Source of the DNA: Microcoleus sp.
GTDB taxonomy: Bacteria; Cyanobacteriota; Cyanobacteriia; Cyanobacteriales; Microcoleaceae
DNA length: 64,000 nucleotides
Reading direction: 5' to 3'
Assembly: GCA_042408215.1 (NCBI GenBank)
Contig: JAYFMW010000029.1
Span: forward strand, 96,866 to 160,865
Made by a program: the position numbers and the translations under genes. Position 1 is the first letter of the stretch; every line of letters starts with the position of its first letter. Positions 50,407-61,375 of the stretch are shown piece after piece. The notes under the pieces were generated by a model. It was not told where the DNA came from, made no database searches, and saw only the letters and a program-made list of their open reading frames with translations.

Positions 50407-51084
50407 ATGAATGTTTGTCAAAAGTTGGGAATTGTTGGCGGAACTTTGAGTTTTGCACTTGTTAGTCAATGTTTTTCTGTACAAGCTGCTACTCTTACTC
50501 AAACTTATACTGTGGCTCTGGGTTCCCAGCCATTAAATAGTAGCACGAATGTGGTTTTACCCAAGTTTAATTCGCTGTTAGGAACGCTATTAAGGGCTTA
50601 TGTTACGGTTAAGTCTACTGTTAATAACACTGTTAGCATTACTCCTTTGACGGGAGATTTTATGGGAACGGCGGCGACTAATGCAAGTATTGCTGTGAAT
50701 ATTCCGCTGTTAAAAGTTGACCCTAATTTGACTTTGAGTGTGTTAGCAAGTCCGCCGGAAACGAGGATTGCTAATGGCGCTACAGGAAGTGTTAGCGGTT
50801 CGGCTTCCGGTACTGTGTCAAAGAGTTATGATTCCCAGCAGTCTCTGAGTGCGTTAAGTGGATGCGATGGTGATACTTTTATCGCAGGTTTGATGACTAC
50901 GGGTTTGACTCAAGTTACGGGGAATCCTGTTAGAGGTAGTTTCGATGGTAAGGTTGTTGCTAACACTATGGTTAGTGCAATTTATGAGTATGAACCTGTA
51001 CCGGAACCGATGACTGCTGTTGGTACGTTTGTGGCTGCTGGAATGGGTTTGTGGTGGAAGAGAAGGGCTTCAAAAAAGGGGTAA
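50407..51084 (+). CDS. PEP-CTERM sorting-domain surface protein
   Basis: signal peptide ending VQA; LPKFN..LGTL; C-terminal VPEP + TM + WKRR. Confidence 0.9.
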   Translation: MNVCQKLGIVGGTLSFALVSQCFSVQAATLTQTYTVALGSQPLNSSTNVVLPKFNSLLGTLLRAYVTVKSTVNNTVSITPLTGDFMGTAATNASIAVNIPLLKVDPNLTLSVLASPPETRIANGATGSVSGSASGTVSKSYDSQQSLSALSGCDGDTFIAGLMTTGLTQVTGNPVRGSFDGKVVANTMVSAIYEYEPVPEPMTAVGTFVAAGMGLWWKRRASKKG

Positions 51085-51113
51085 TACCAATTTGGAGATC
51101 CCCCCTTAGCTTG

Positions 51114-51546
51114 CCCCCTACTCCCCCTTAATAAGGGGGGGACAGGAAGCACTCAAAGTCAACCCCTAGCCCCCCTTAATAAGGGGGGGACAGGAAGCAC
51201 TCAAAGTCAACCCCTACTCCCCTTCATAAGGGGGGGACAGGAAGCACTCAAAGTCAACCCCTACTCCCCTTCATAAGGGGGGGACAGGAAGCACTCAAAG
51301 TCAACCCCTACTCCCCTTAATAAGGCAGGGCTGTTTCATTCTCAGATAAATCATCGTTTTGTAGGGGTAGTGCCCCCGTGCCTACCCTCCGCTACCCTCC
51401 GCGTCTACAATTTTGTAGGTGTTTGGTGAGATTGGGGCGGGCACTCTTGGCACCGCCCCTACAAGAGAATGAAACAGCCCTGCCTTATTAAGGGGGGGAC
51501 AGGAAGCACTCAAAGTCAACCCCTACTCCCCTTAATAAGGGGGACA
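51114..51546. repeat. 47-48-bp tandem hairpin repeats
   Basis: GACAGGAAGCACTCAAAGTCAA at 51141, 51189, 51236, 51283, 51498. Confidence 0.88.
51326..51482. mobile_element. 157-bp MITE with perfect 18-bp TIRs
   Basis: CAGGGCTGTTTCATTCTC/GAGAATGAAACAGCCCTG; 11-bp duplication CCTTAATAAGG/CCTTATTAAGG. Confidence 0.85.
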
Positions 51547-51658
51547 AGAGTATTTCTCAAAGTTCCCCTGATTAGTCGCAGCCCAGAAGAAAAAAAATAT
51601 TTCCCAAAACACTTGACAAACTGGCGGAAATATGGCACAGTAGTGATTCGTGACCAAT

Positions 51659-51740
51659 GCGGAACTGGCGGAATTGGTAGACGCGCATGATTCAGGTTCA
51701 TGTGGTGCAAGCCTTCCGGGTTCAAGTCCCGGGTTCCGCA
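51659..51740 (+). tRNA. trnL: tRNA-Leu(CAG)
   Basis: acceptor stem GCGGAAC/GTTCCGC, anticodon arm CATGA-TTCAGGT-TCATG, long variable arm, GGTTCAAGTCC; CCA not encoded. Confidence 0.95.
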
Positions 51741-51814
51741 TTCTCAAGGCAAGGCAGTAGTTTGGGGTTAACCCGATACAGGCAATAACCCCATTCACTC
51801 TGCTAAATTAAACA

Positions 51815-52591
51815 ATGCTGACAAGTATTCAAAATCCCCTAGTCAAGGAAATCCGTAAGCTCCATAGCTCGAAGGGACGCAGGGAACAACAGTTATTTTT
51901 ACTCGAAGGGGCGCACTTGCTGGAGGAAGCTTGCGCGGTGAAATACCCGCTAGCAACGGTTTGCAGCACTCCAGAATGGGTTGAGCAGCACGGTGAACTG
52001 TGGGAGCAAATTTGTAGTTTGGCCGATCGCACTGAATTAGTGAGCGAAAAGGTGTTAGAGTCGATCGCCACAACAGTCAAACCAGACGGCATAATCGCCA
52101 CCGCACCACGCACCGCTACCCCACCGACAGAGTTGTCAACTTTAGGAATAGCCTTAGAAACCATCCAAGATCCAGGTAACTTGGGGGCGATCGTCCGCAC
52201 GGCTGCGGCTGCTAATGCCGACGGTTTGCTGCTGAGTTCCGACAGCGCTGATTTAGACCATCCGAAAGTGCTGCGAGCTTCCGCAGGAGCCTGGTTTAAA
52301 CTACCAATGAGAGTCAGTTCAGATTTAAGGGCCGAAGTCTCCCGGTGTCAAAATCGAGGAATGCAAATTTTAGCAACCGTTCCCGACGCTAGTTTGACCT
52401 ATTGGGAAGTAGATTTGCGAGTGCCGACTCTGATAGTTTTGGGGAACGAAGGCTCTGGTTTGTCGGCAGAATTGATCGGTTTGGCCGATCGACAAGTTCA
52501 AATTCCCCTGAGTCGGGCCGTAGAATCATTGAACGTGTCGATCGCCTCCGCCCTGATTTTATACGAAGCTCAACGGCAAAGAAGTAATTAG
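51815..52591 (+). CDS. TrmH/SpoU family RNA methyltransferase
   Basis: IQDPGNLGAIVR, GNEGSG, ESLNV. Confidence 0.93.
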   Translation: MLTSIQNPLVKEIRKLHSSKGRREQQLFLLEGAHLLEEACAVKYPLATVCSTPEWVEQHGELWEQICSLADRTELVSEKVLESIATTVKPDGIIATAPRTATPPTELSTLGIALETIQDPGNLGAIVRTAAAANADGLLLSSDSADLDHPKVLRASAGAWFKLPMRVSSDLRAEVSRCQNRGMQILATVPDASLTYWEVDLRVPTLIVLGNEGSGLSAELIGLADRQVQIPLSRAVESLNVSIASALILYEAQRQRSN

Positions 52592-52970
52592 TCATTAGTC
52601 ATTAGTCATTAGTCATTAGTCATTGGGTAGATTAATGCCCTCTTTGGCCGATGCCCTCTTTGGCCGATGCCCCATCTGAGATTTACTCTCCTAGTACAGC
52701 AACTCATGCTTACAGAAATAAATGTAAAGAAATATAGCCAAACACTCTCAGAAATGTTAAGATTCTTAACATAAAGTAGCATTGTTAACCCCCAAGCAAA
52801 ACCCAACCTGAGATGGGGGCGACAGGGAGTAGCAGCTAGCTACCATCAAAACGAAGCCTTTAAATGCAAGGAAAGCGCAAGTCCCCGCCCGCTTTCCTTC
52901 CCAGAAGAAGCTAGGGGTTTGCTTTCATCAGCAAACTCTTATAGGCACTGATCCTCAGCGGGAAAAGCTC

Positions 52971-53930
52971 ATGAAAACTCTTAAGTCCTCAGATACAGAT
53001 TCTGTTCGCGCTTACCTGCGAGAAATTGGCCGCGTTCCCCTGTTAACCCATGAGCAAGAAATACTCTACGGTAAACAGGTACAGCGATCGACCGCACTGA
53101 ATCAGGAAAAACATATTCTAGCCAAAGAGTTAGACCGTGAGCCAACGACGGCTGAATGGGCACAAGCAGTTGAGCTGTCTGAGGCTGAGTTACAGCGGAC
53201 GATCGACCACGGGGACAGAGCAAAACGGCAAATGGTGGAAGCCAATCTGCGGCTGGTGGTGTCTGTTGCTAAGAAATATATCAAGCGCAACGTAGATTTA
53301 CTTGATTTAATTCAGGAAGGCACTATTGGGATGCAGCGAGGGGTGGAAAAATTTGACCCGACTAAGGGTTTCAGATTTTCTACTTATGCTTATTGGTGGA
53401 TTCGCCAGGCTATTACGCGGGCGATCGCCGAAAAAGGCCGCACAATTCGCTTACCAATCCACATTACCGAAAAGCTCAACAAAATTAAAAAGGCTCAGCG
53501 CCTACTGGCTCAACAGCTAGGCCGCCCGGCCACGACTGCTGAGTTGGCCTCAGAGTTAGGTTTGACTCCCAAACAGATTCGGGAATATCTCGAACGATCG
53601 CGCCTACCACTTTCCCTTGACTTGCGCGTGGGAGACAATCAAGATACAGAGTTAGGCGATTTGTTGGAAGATACCGGTACTTCCCCGGAAGATTTTGCCC
53701 TGCAATCTTCCCTGCGGATGGATTTGGATCATCTGATGGCAGAATTGACTCCTCAACAACGGGAAGTGCTGGCCTTGCGGTTTGGTTTAGAAGATGGGCA
53801 AACTTTAACCTTGGCAAAAATAGGCGATCGACTCAACATTAGCCGGGAAAGAGTGCGACAAATAGAACGGGAAGCCCTGACTAAACTCCGCAAACGCAAG
53901 CAAGACATAAACGACTATCTAGCCAGCTAG
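52971..53930 (+). CDS. sigD: group-2 RpoD/SigA-family sigma factor (SigD-like; subtype tentative)
   Basis: [47 protein letters not shown]; no region 1.1. Confidence 0.85.
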   Translation: MKTLKSSDTDSVRAYLREIGRVPLLTHEQEILYGKQVQRSTALNQEKHILAKELDREPTTAEWAQAVELSEAELQRTIDHGDRAKRQMVEANLRLVVSVAKKYIKRNVDLLDLIQEGTIGMQRGVEKFDPTKGFRFSTYAYWWIRQAITRAIAEKGRTIRLPIHITEKLNKIKKAQRLLAQQLGRPATTAELASELGLTPKQIREYLERSRLPLSLDLRVGDNQDTELGDLLEDTGTSPEDFALQSSLRMDLDHLMAELTPQQREVLALRFGLEDGQTLTLAKIGDRLNISRERVRQIEREALTKLRKRKQDINDYLAS

Positions 53931-54154
53931 GTAGATTGGGGATTGGGCGATCGGGTTTTTTCCTTCGCCATCCCCAATCTAAAATCGTAAAAACCGCCGC
54001 CTTGAATTCGGTTGTGACTACTTTGTTTCCCTCACCGTCCTGCTACATTAGTAAGTAGTTAGTAAATAAAGATCAGCAGCTATCAAATATCAGGTTATTC
54101 AAATTAACCCCCCCACGTCTAAAATCAAAAGCTGTCTCTGAAACGGAGGTACTC

Positions 54155-54499
54155 GTGAGCAACTCATCTAATAATAAATCCCCAGAGTTTTTTGAAGAAG
54201 ACGGAGAAAATACCAATTTATTGTGGCAATACGTGCAATCAATGGCTCCTGACACCGTTTCTCATTTGTCTAAACCTACTTCTCACGAAGTTTTTCAGGT
54301 AATGGAGCGCAATATTGTCGGACTTTTGGGAAACTTGCCGTCAGAACACTTTGGGGTGACAGTTTCTACCAGTCGTGAGCATCTAGGCAGATTGCTGGCT
54401 TCGGCGATGATTAGCGGTTACTTTCTAAGGAATGCTGAACAGCGAATGACTTTTGAAAAGTCCATAGAAGCCAGTGAAAGACATGGCTCGGATGATTAG
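54155..54499 (+). CDS. DUF760 domain protein
   Basis: LWQYVQS, NIVGLLG.LP, LLASAMISGYFL..AEQR; GTG start. Confidence 0.88.
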   Translation: MSNSSNNKSPEFFEEDGENTNLLWQYVQSMAPDTVSHLSKPTSHEVFQVMERNIVGLLGNLPSEHFGVTVSTSREHLGRLLASAMISGYFLRNAEQRMTFEKSIEASERHGSDD

Positions 54500-54564
54500 T
54501 AGATTCTTAACATTTAAATAGTGCAACTGTCAAGCCCTCCCTCGCAAGAAGGGGGGCTATTGTT

Positions 54565-54805
54565 AAAGGAAGAAGGAAGAAGGCAGAAGGAAGAAGGCAG
54601 AAGGCAGAAGGAAGAAGGCAGAAGGAAGAAGGCAGAAGTCATTAATTATTTGTTAGTTGCTACCCATGCCCCATGCCCCATGCCCTATTCCCCATGCCCC
54701 ATTCCCCATGCCCCATGCCCCATGCCCCATGCCCCATGCCCCATGCCCCATGCCCCATTCCCCATTCCCCATGCCCCATTCCCCATGCCCCATTCCCCAT
54801 TCCCA
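54565..54805. repeat. STRR heptamer tracts (GAAGGCA; CCCCATG/CCCCATT)
   Basis: 7-bp periodicity; other tracts at 52586-52625 and 55220-55265. Confidence 0.9.
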
Positions 54806-54811
54806 ATTACT

Positions 54812-55216
54812 ATGTCTCTTTCTCCTTTGCCTCACAAAGTTATCGGCGTAGCTGTCATCTGGAACGAACAAGGACTAATTTTGATTGACAAGCGGCGTCA
54901 ACACGGACTGCACGGGGGTTTCTGGGAGTTTCCTGGGGGTAAAATAGAGCCTGGAGAAACGATCGAAGATTGTATTAAACGGGAAATTATGGAGGAGTTG
55001 GGGATTGCGATCGAAGTTGGCGATTGGTTGATTGCGATCGAACATGACTACAGTAAGTTCACTGTTACGCTCAACGCTTATCACTGTCGCCATGTCAGCG
55101 GGGAACCGCAACCGATCGAATGCGATGAAATTCGCTGGGTGACACTGGACGAAATTGACCAATTTACCTTTCCAGAGGCAAACGAACAGATTATTGCTGC
55201 TTTGCGCAAACATTAA
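54812..55216 (+). CDS. mutT: 8-oxo-dGTP diphosphatase (Nudix)
   Basis: WEFPGGKIEPGE...REIMEELG Nudix box, FPEAN; true start ATG 54812. Confidence 0.9.
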   Translation: MSLSPLPHKVIGVAVIWNEQGLILIDKRRQHGLHGGFWEFPGGKIEPGETIEDCIKREIMEELGIAIEVGDWLIAIEHDYSKFTVTLNAYHCRHVSGEPQPIECDEIRWVTLDEIDQFTFPEANEQIIAALRKH

Positions 55217-55270
55217 ACTGACCAATTACCAATTACCAATTACCAATTACCAATTACCAATGACTAATTT

Positions 55271-56503
55271 TTATTTTTGAACGGGTAGGGTAAAGTGAAA
55301 ACAACTGCCTTGATCGGGTACGGAGTCTACCCAAATTTGACCGTAGTGGGCGCGGATGATGCCCTGGCAAAGAGACAGTCCAATGCCGTAACCGTCTTTT
55401 GATTTGTCTCGCTGCAAGCGGAAGCTGTCTTCAAAAATGCTTTGGCAATTTTCTTCAGGAATTCCCGGCCCGCTGTTGCCAATGCTGACTTGAACTTTGT
55501 AAGCAGTGCGGTGCAGCATGGAAATACTCACAGTTCCTTGCTCTGGGGTATACTTGCTGGCGTTGTCGAGTAGGTTGGCAATCACTTGTTTGATGCGATC
55601 GGGATCGGCATAAACCAAGGGCAAATCTGTGGGAATGTCTGTTTCTAACTCCAAGCTTTTAGCCTGAAATTTGTCTTGAAACTGAAGGAGTACATCTTGA
55701 CAAATCTCCCCCAGTTCGATTGTTTTTGGTTCAATGTGCAATTGGGCATTTGTACCCCGCGCTGCTTGTAGGATATCTGTGATCATGCGATCGACAATCC
55801 GAATTTGCCGCCTAGCTTGTTTCATCAAATGAGTCGCCAGAGTCGGTGACAAACGTGGTGTTTCCCCATCTTTCACCTTCTGATTTGACTCCAAAGTTTC
55901 CAAAGCCAAAGAAGCGGCCGTCAAAGGATTGCGGAGGTCGTGAGCTAGCATGGCAATAATCCGGTCTTTCAACTGCAACTGCTCTTGCAGGTGTTCTTTT
56001 TCCTGTTTTAGCCGAAAAACTTCATCGGAAAGTTGCACCAGTTCAACGGCGCAAGCAACCGAATAAATGGGTTTTACCTCTGGCTGGGTTTGAGAAAGAG
56101 TTAGCGCAGACTTCTGGGTTGCGTATTCTTCTACCGACAACTGCCAGCGGGGCCACCAGTGTTCCAACTGGGCGCTCAAATTGCTGCCGGCGAGAGTTTG
56201 TCGCGGATCTGGATGAATTTTGAGCAGCGAGGGAGTGGCTAGGAGTTTAAAGTGTTCGGCTAAATCGGGCTGTTCCCCTACATCGATGATTTGAAGTTCA
56301 AAGTCCCACTCTGCCTTCAAATCCTTTAGGGATTTGCGGATGTGTCTGGTCTGTTCCCTGGAAGAGGGACGCTTGTCTACGAACAGCAGAAGTTGTAACA
56401 CCGATTCGGAAGTCGCGGGCTGTTCAGGTGAACAGTCGGTGTCGTCACTATCGGTCAGATTTACGTTATTCAATTTGTCGATCGGGTGAAAATAATTGAC
56501 CAT
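55271..56503 (-). CDS. sasA: circadian sensor histidine kinase SasA
   Basis: KaiB-like N-terminus ([18 protein letters not shown]); [20 protein letters not shown]. Confidence 0.93.
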   Translation of the reverse strand: MVNYFHPIDKLNNVNLTDSDDTDCSPEQPATSESVLQLLLFVDKRPSSREQTRHIRKSLKDLKAEWDFELQIIDVGEQPDLAEHFKLLATPSLLKIHPDPRQTLAGSNLSAQLEHWWPRWQLSVEEYATQKSALTLSQTQPEVKPIYSVACAVELVQLSDEVFRLKQEKEHLQEQLQLKDRIIAMLAHDLRNPLTAASLALETLESNQKVKDGETPRLSPTLATHLMKQARRQIRIVDRMITDILQAARGTNAQLHIEPKTIELGEICQDVLLQFQDKFQAKSLELETDIPTDLPLVYADPDRIKQVIANLLDNASKYTPEQGTVSISMLHRTAYKVQVSIGNSGPGIPEENCQSIFEDSFRLQRDKSKDGYGIGLSLCQGIIRAHYGQIWVDSVPDQGSCFHFTLPVQK

Positions 56504-56592
56504 TGCCGAGCCGAGTTATTTCACTTCTACTTTAATTTAATATCTTCTTCACATTTATGCTATTCTCCCGATAATTTGATGAGGGCGGACGG

Positions 56593-58275
56593 ATGATATT
56601 TTTGAGCGGCCATAAAAATTCGTCACTGAATGTGGTGATGAAGGTGGCGGCGGTTTTTTTTGTGCTGTGCCTATTGCTGACGCTGCACCGCTACTACAGC
56701 TTTTACGCCACTTACGACCAAGGCATTTTCAATCAACTTTTTTGGAATGGTAGTCATGGTCGTTTGTTTGAGAGTTCTCTCTCTTCGGCTTTGTCCACTA
56801 ATGTGGTTCACCAAAACCAGCTCCCAGAAGTAGATTACTACCGGTTGGGGCAGCATTTTACTCCGGCGCTGATGCTGTGGCTGCCAATTTACTCGCTGTT
56901 TCCCTCGCCTGTGACTTTAACGGTGTTGCAGGTGACTTTGATTACGGCGGCTGGTTTAGTGCTCTACCCTCTTGCTAGACACTATCTAGAGCCGCGGCTG
57001 TCGGCTGCAATTGTGGTCAGCTACTATGGCGCTAATGCGGTAATTGGCCCGACTTTGGGCAATTTTCACGACAATTGTCAAATTCCGCTTTATGTTTTTA
57101 GCTTGCTGCTGGCGATGGAGAAGCGCTGGTGGCCGCTGTTTGGGATTCTCGCAACTTTAATTTTGGCGGTGCGGGAAGATGGGGGAGTTGTGTTATTTGG
57201 GGTGGGAGTTTACTTGATTTTGAGTCGGCGCTATCCTCGGACTGGCTGGGCTGTGTGCATTCTCAGTTTTGGTTATATGCTAGTTCTGACCAATCTGATT
57301 ATGCCTTTATTTTCGGCTGATATATCTCAGCGGTTTATGATGGAGCGCTTCGGCCAATATGCTGATGGAGATGAGGCTTCGACTCTGGAAATTATTTGGG
57401 GAATGGTGAGCAATCCTGGGCGGTTGGTTGAACAATTATTTACGCCGTTTTTTGGTAAGATCAAATACCTGCTTGGCCAGTGGTTGCCATTAGCTTTGGT
57501 TCCTGCTTTCGCCCCTGCGTCTTGGACGATCGCTGGATTCCCCCTGCTGAAGCTATTTTTAGCTAAAGGAGAGTCGGTGCTGGCGATTAATATTCGGTAT
57601 GCGATGACTGTGGTTCCAGGACTTTTTTACGGGGCGATCCTATGGTGGGCCGATCGCCAAAAGGAAGAAGATAAAATTAGGAGGGGAGAACAAACAATCT
57701 TGCGTTTTCCTTCTGCGATGTTTCCTTTCCCTTCCTCTGCAAAATTTCGCCGATTTTGGACGTTTTGTATCTGCTTGTCGCTATTTTTTACCTTCACGTC
57801 TAACCCAAATCGGACTTTTTCGTTCATTTTGCCAGATGCGATCGAACCTTGGGTTCAGGTTCCTCCGATCAGACAATGGCAACACGTATTTCAGGTGCGG
57901 CCTCTGTTGGCTCAAATTCCTGCCGATGCTAGCGTGGCTGCAACTAACACGATTGTGCCAATTTTGTCAAGCCGCCGGGAAATTCTCAGGTTTCCGATGT
58001 TGGAATTGCGTAATGATGCCAGGGAGACGGTGAAGATGGAATATGTAATTGCTGATCTGTGGCAGTTGCAGCAGTATCAGGTGGCGTTTCGCGCGGAACG
58101 GGGACAGTTGCAGGCGATCGTCCCGCAGATCGATCGAATGTCGAGTTCGGGAGAGTATGGAATTATTGACTTTCAAGATGGCGCGATTTTGATGCGGAAG
58201 GGTGCTGCTTCTAACTCTGCATCGACTGCTGCTTGGGCGAGTTTTCGACACCAATTGGAGCCGATTTTGAAGTAA
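56593..58275 (+). CDS. DUF2079 family membrane protein
   Basis: YDQGIFNQ, GQHFTP, NFHD, VRED, many TM helices. Confidence 0.85.
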   Translation: MIFLSGHKNSSLNVVMKVAAVFFVLCLLLTLHRYYSFYATYDQGIFNQLFWNGSHGRLFESSLSSALSTNVVHQNQLPEVDYYRLGQHFTPALMLWLPIYSLFPSPVTLTVLQVTLITAAGLVLYPLARHYLEPRLSAAIVVSYYGANAVIGPTLGNFHDNCQIPLYVFSLLLAMEKRWWPLFGILATLILAVREDGGVVLFGVGVYLILSRRYPRTGWAVCILSFGYMLVLTNLIMPLFSADISQRFMMERFGQYADGDEASTLEIIWGMVSNPGRLVEQLFTPFFGKIKYLLGQWLPLALVPAFAPASWTIAGFPLLKLFLAKGESVLAINIRYAMTVVPGLFYGAILWWADRQKEEDKIRRGEQTILRFPSAMFPFPSSAKFRRFWTFCICLSLFFTFTSNPNRTFSFILPDAIEPWVQVPPIRQWQHVFQVRPLLAQIPADASVAATNTIVPILSSRREILRFPMLELRNDARETVKMEYVIADLWQLQQYQVAFRAERGQLQAIVPQIDRMSSSGEYGIIDFQDGAILMRKGAASNSASTAAWASFRHQLEPILK

Positions 58276-58533
58276 GCGGGTACGGCGATCGCCCTGGGTA
58301 TCGTCCCACAAATATTCAGGAAACCGGGTTTGTTCACGCCCGGGCGATCGATCGAGGGCGACCTATTTTTCTGCAACAAACCCGGTTTCTGCACTATTCC
58401 TAGTCCTTGTTGTGGCCCCAAATCAGCCCTTGGGCGTAAAATTCCCTTCCATCAAAATTTCAGGTTGTTTATTATACAATAAAGTGGTCAATCGTAAACA
58501 TTAAGATATGTAAAATGTTGGGAGCGGAAAAAG

Positions 58534-59721
58534 ATGAAAATTTTGGTATTGGCATGGGAGTTTCCTCCCAGAATAGTGGGGGGTATCGCCCGCCACGTAT
58601 CGGAACTGTATCCAGAATTGGTGAAGCTGGGTCACTCCATTCACTTAATTACAGTAGAATTCGGTCATGCGCCGATGTACGAAGTGGTGGAAGGAATACA
58701 GGTACATCGGGTGGTGGTGAGGCACGCCCGGGACTTTTTCCACTGGGTGGCAAACCTCAACAGCAGTATGGGTCATCACGGTGGCAAACTAATACTGGAG
58801 GAAGGGCCGTTTGATATGATCCACGCTCATGATTGGTTGGTAGGAGATGCTGCGATCGCCCTCAAGCATACTTTTAAAATACCGCTAATTGTCACCATAC
58901 ACGCCACCGAATACGGGCGCTATAACGGCCTCCACAATGACGGACAGCGCTACATAAACGGCAAAGAAAACGACCTCGCTTACAACGCTTGGCGGGTGAT
59001 TGTTTGTAGCGATTATATGCGACGAGAAGCCGAACGGGTATTAGCGACTCCTTGGAACAAAATAGAGGTAATTTACAACGGAATTAGATCTGATAAAAAG
59101 CCCCGCTGGCATGAATTTGACGCTATAAATTTCCGTAGACTATTTGCGGCTGACCATGAAAAAATAGTCTATTATGTGGGTAGAATTAGTTATGAAAAGG
59201 GTATTTCTGTATTCCTGAATGCGGCACCTAAAGTAATTTGGGAAATGGGGGGAAACGCCAAAATTGTAATTGTTGGTGGCGGCAATACAGACCATCTCAA
59301 ACATCTAGCTTGGAATTTAGGAATTTGGAACAAGTGTTATTTTACGGGTTTCATGTTTGAGGATCATCTCGACAAATTCCAGACTGTCGCTGACTGTGCT
59401 GTTTTTCCCAGTCTTTACGAACCTTTTGGGATTGTAGCATTAGAAAGTTTTGCTGCAAGGGTACCTGTAGTGGTTTCGGATGCGGGTGGGCTTCCTGAAG
59501 TGGTACAACATACTAAAACTGGGGTTGTTACTCAGGCTAATAACTGCGCTTCTTTGGCTTCGGGGATTTTGGAGGTGTTGAAAAATCCTGGTTACGGGCG
59601 GTGGTTGGTTGATAATGCTTATCAAGATTTAGAACGTCGATTTAGCTGGCAGAAATTGGCGACGGAAACCGAGTGGGTTTATCAGCGGGTGGCGGAGGAA
59701 AGATCCCAGGTTGATTGGTAA
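58534..59721 (+). CDS. glycosyltransferase family 4
   Basis: WEFPP..VGG, HAHDW, YVGR..YEKG, PSLYEPFGIVALE. Confidence 0.92.
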   Translation: MKILVLAWEFPPRIVGGIARHVSELYPELVKLGHSIHLITVEFGHAPMYEVVEGIQVHRVVVRHARDFFHWVANLNSSMGHHGGKLILEEGPFDMIHAHDWLVGDAAIALKHTFKIPLIVTIHATEYGRYNGLHNDGQRYINGKENDLAYNAWRVIVCSDYMRREAERVLATPWNKIEVIYNGIRSDKKPRWHEFDAINFRRLFAADHEKIVYYVGRISYEKGISVFLNAAPKVIWEMGGNAKIVIVGGGNTDHLKHLAWNLGIWNKCYFTGFMFEDHLDKFQTVADCAVFPSLYEPFGIVALESFAARVPVVVSDAGGLPEVVQHTKTGVVTQANNCASLASGILEVLKNPGYGRWLVDNAYQDLERRFSWQKLATETEWVYQRVAEERSQVDW

Positions 59722-59752
59722 TATCAAGTCCAGTAAATTACTTATGAAATTT

Positions 59753-59997
59753 TTACGGGCATGGGGCATGGGGCATGGGGCATGGGTTATTGGTTATTGG
59801 TTATTAGAGCGAACAAATAACTAATGACTAATGACTAATGACCAATGACTAATGACTTCTTCTATAGCGTTTACGGGCCTAGGGCATGGGGCATGGGGCA
59901 TGGGGCATGGGTTATTGGTTATTGGTTATTAGAGCGAACAAATAACTAATGACTAATGACTAATGACCAATGACTAATGACTTCTTCTATAGCGTTT
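59753..59997. repeat. duplicated ~120-bp block of heptamer repeats
   Basis: GGGCATG/GGTTATT/CTAATGA tracts repeated twice. Confidence 0.85.
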
Positions 59998-60092
59998 TTT
60001 AGTTGCAAGTCTTAAAGAATTGTAACACAATGATCTGGATACACTCGACAGACGCTTGAGTTCACTCCGAAGATTTAACAGGAATTAGCATC

Positions 60093-61334
60093 TTGAGTAT
60101 TTTTAGCGACATCGAACCCCAACGCAGACGCAGTTTATTGACTTTATTCACCACAGGCTTGCTATTCTGGTCGAGTTTGGCTTCACTGCTGCCAACTTTG
60201 CCGTTGTACGTCCAAGATGTGGGTGGTACAAAACAGCAAATTGGCTTTGTGATGGGTGCATTTGCGATCGGGCTTTTGCTGTCGAGGGCGCAGTTGGGCA
60301 AAATGGCCGATAGCAGAGGTCGAAAACAAGTTTTGCTTTTAGGTGTGTTGGTAGCTGCGATCGCGCCGCTGGGCTACCTATTCGCTAAATCTATCCCTTT
60401 ACTGTTATTGATCCGGGCTTTTCACGGCATTAGCATCGCCGCTTTCACCACAGCTTACAGCGCTTTAGTCACAGATTTATCCCCGCCAGAAAAGCGGGGC
60501 GAATTAATCGGTTACATGAGTTTAGTAAGTCCAATCGGGATGGCATTTGGTCCGGCTATGGGCGGATTTGTGCAAGCTTGGTTCGGTTACACTCCTTTGT
60601 TTGCGATGTCTGCATCTTTCGCTACAATGGCTGTGTTTTCGACATTACAAGTTACGGAACCGCATTTTGCGGAATTAGCAAAAACCGCATCTTTATCTCA
60701 GGACAAAACCAGCAAAAATTATTGGCAAATGCTGTGGAATCCCCGCGTGCGGATTCCGGCTTTAGTCTTATTATTGGTAGGTTTAGTCTTCGGGACTTTG
60801 ATCACTTTTATGCCTTTGTTCGTGCAGGAAACTAAGGCTAATTTCAATGCTGGATTGTTTTATTCAACGGCGGCAATTGCCAGTTTCGGGATGCGATTAG
60901 TCACGGGGCGGGCTTCCGATCAATACGGGCGCGGCTTGTTTATTAGCGGCGGATTAATCTTTTATGCCTTGTCTATGTTATTGTTGTACTGCGCTAACAG
61001 TACCAGTGCTTTTTTAATAGCAGCTTTGTTAGAAGGTGTCGCCAGTGGTACTGTTTTGCCGATGATGGTAACGCTGATGTCCGACAGGTGCGAACCTCAA
61101 GAAAGGGGTAGATTATTTTCGCTTTGTATTGGCGGATTTGACTTGGGAATTGCGCTGGCTGGGCCGACTTTAGGCTTTGTTGCTGAACAAGTTGGCTACA
61201 GAAATATGTTTGGCTTGGCCGCCGGACTTGCTGGCTTGGCCTTGCTGATATTTATTACCCAGTCTAGCAAAGATTTGTCTCATTCGATGAAGTTTGCGAT
61301 CGGTCAAGGCAAAGATGTCTACGCTTTAAAATAA
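60093..61334 (+). CDS. MFS transporter
   Basis: about 12 TM helices; GKMADSRGRK and GRASDQYGRG motif A. Confidence 0.92.
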   Translation: MSIFSDIEPQRRRSLLTLFTTGLLFWSSLASLLPTLPLYVQDVGGTKQQIGFVMGAFAIGLLLSRAQLGKMADSRGRKQVLLLGVLVAAIAPLGYLFAKSIPLLLLIRAFHGISIAAFTTAYSALVTDLSPPEKRGELIGYMSLVSPIGMAFGPAMGGFVQAWFGYTPLFAMSASFATMAVFSTLQVTEPHFAELAKTASLSQDKTSKNYWQMLWNPRVRIPALVLLLVGLVFGTLITFMPLFVQETKANFNAGLFYSTAAIASFGMRLVTGRASDQYGRGLFISGGLIFYALSMLLLYCANSTSAFLIAALLEGVASGTVLPMMVTLMSDRCEPQERGRLFSLCIGGFDLGIALAGPTLGFVAEQVGYRNMFGLAAGLAGLALLIFITQSSKDLSHSMKFAIGQGKDVYALK

Positions 61335-61375
61335 GCTATAAGTTTTGAGTTGCATAAAATTCTCAGTCATCAAGT

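Noticed and set aside
51740..51815. Integrative element at the tRNA-Leu 3' end
   Set aside because: No duplicated tRNA 3' end or integrase seen; housekeeping genes follow directly.
54521..54811. 97-aa N-terminal extension of MutT and overlapping PHAPCPM/GHGAWGM ORFs
   Set aside because: Translations of heptamer STRR tracts; the Nudix protein starts at ATG 54812.
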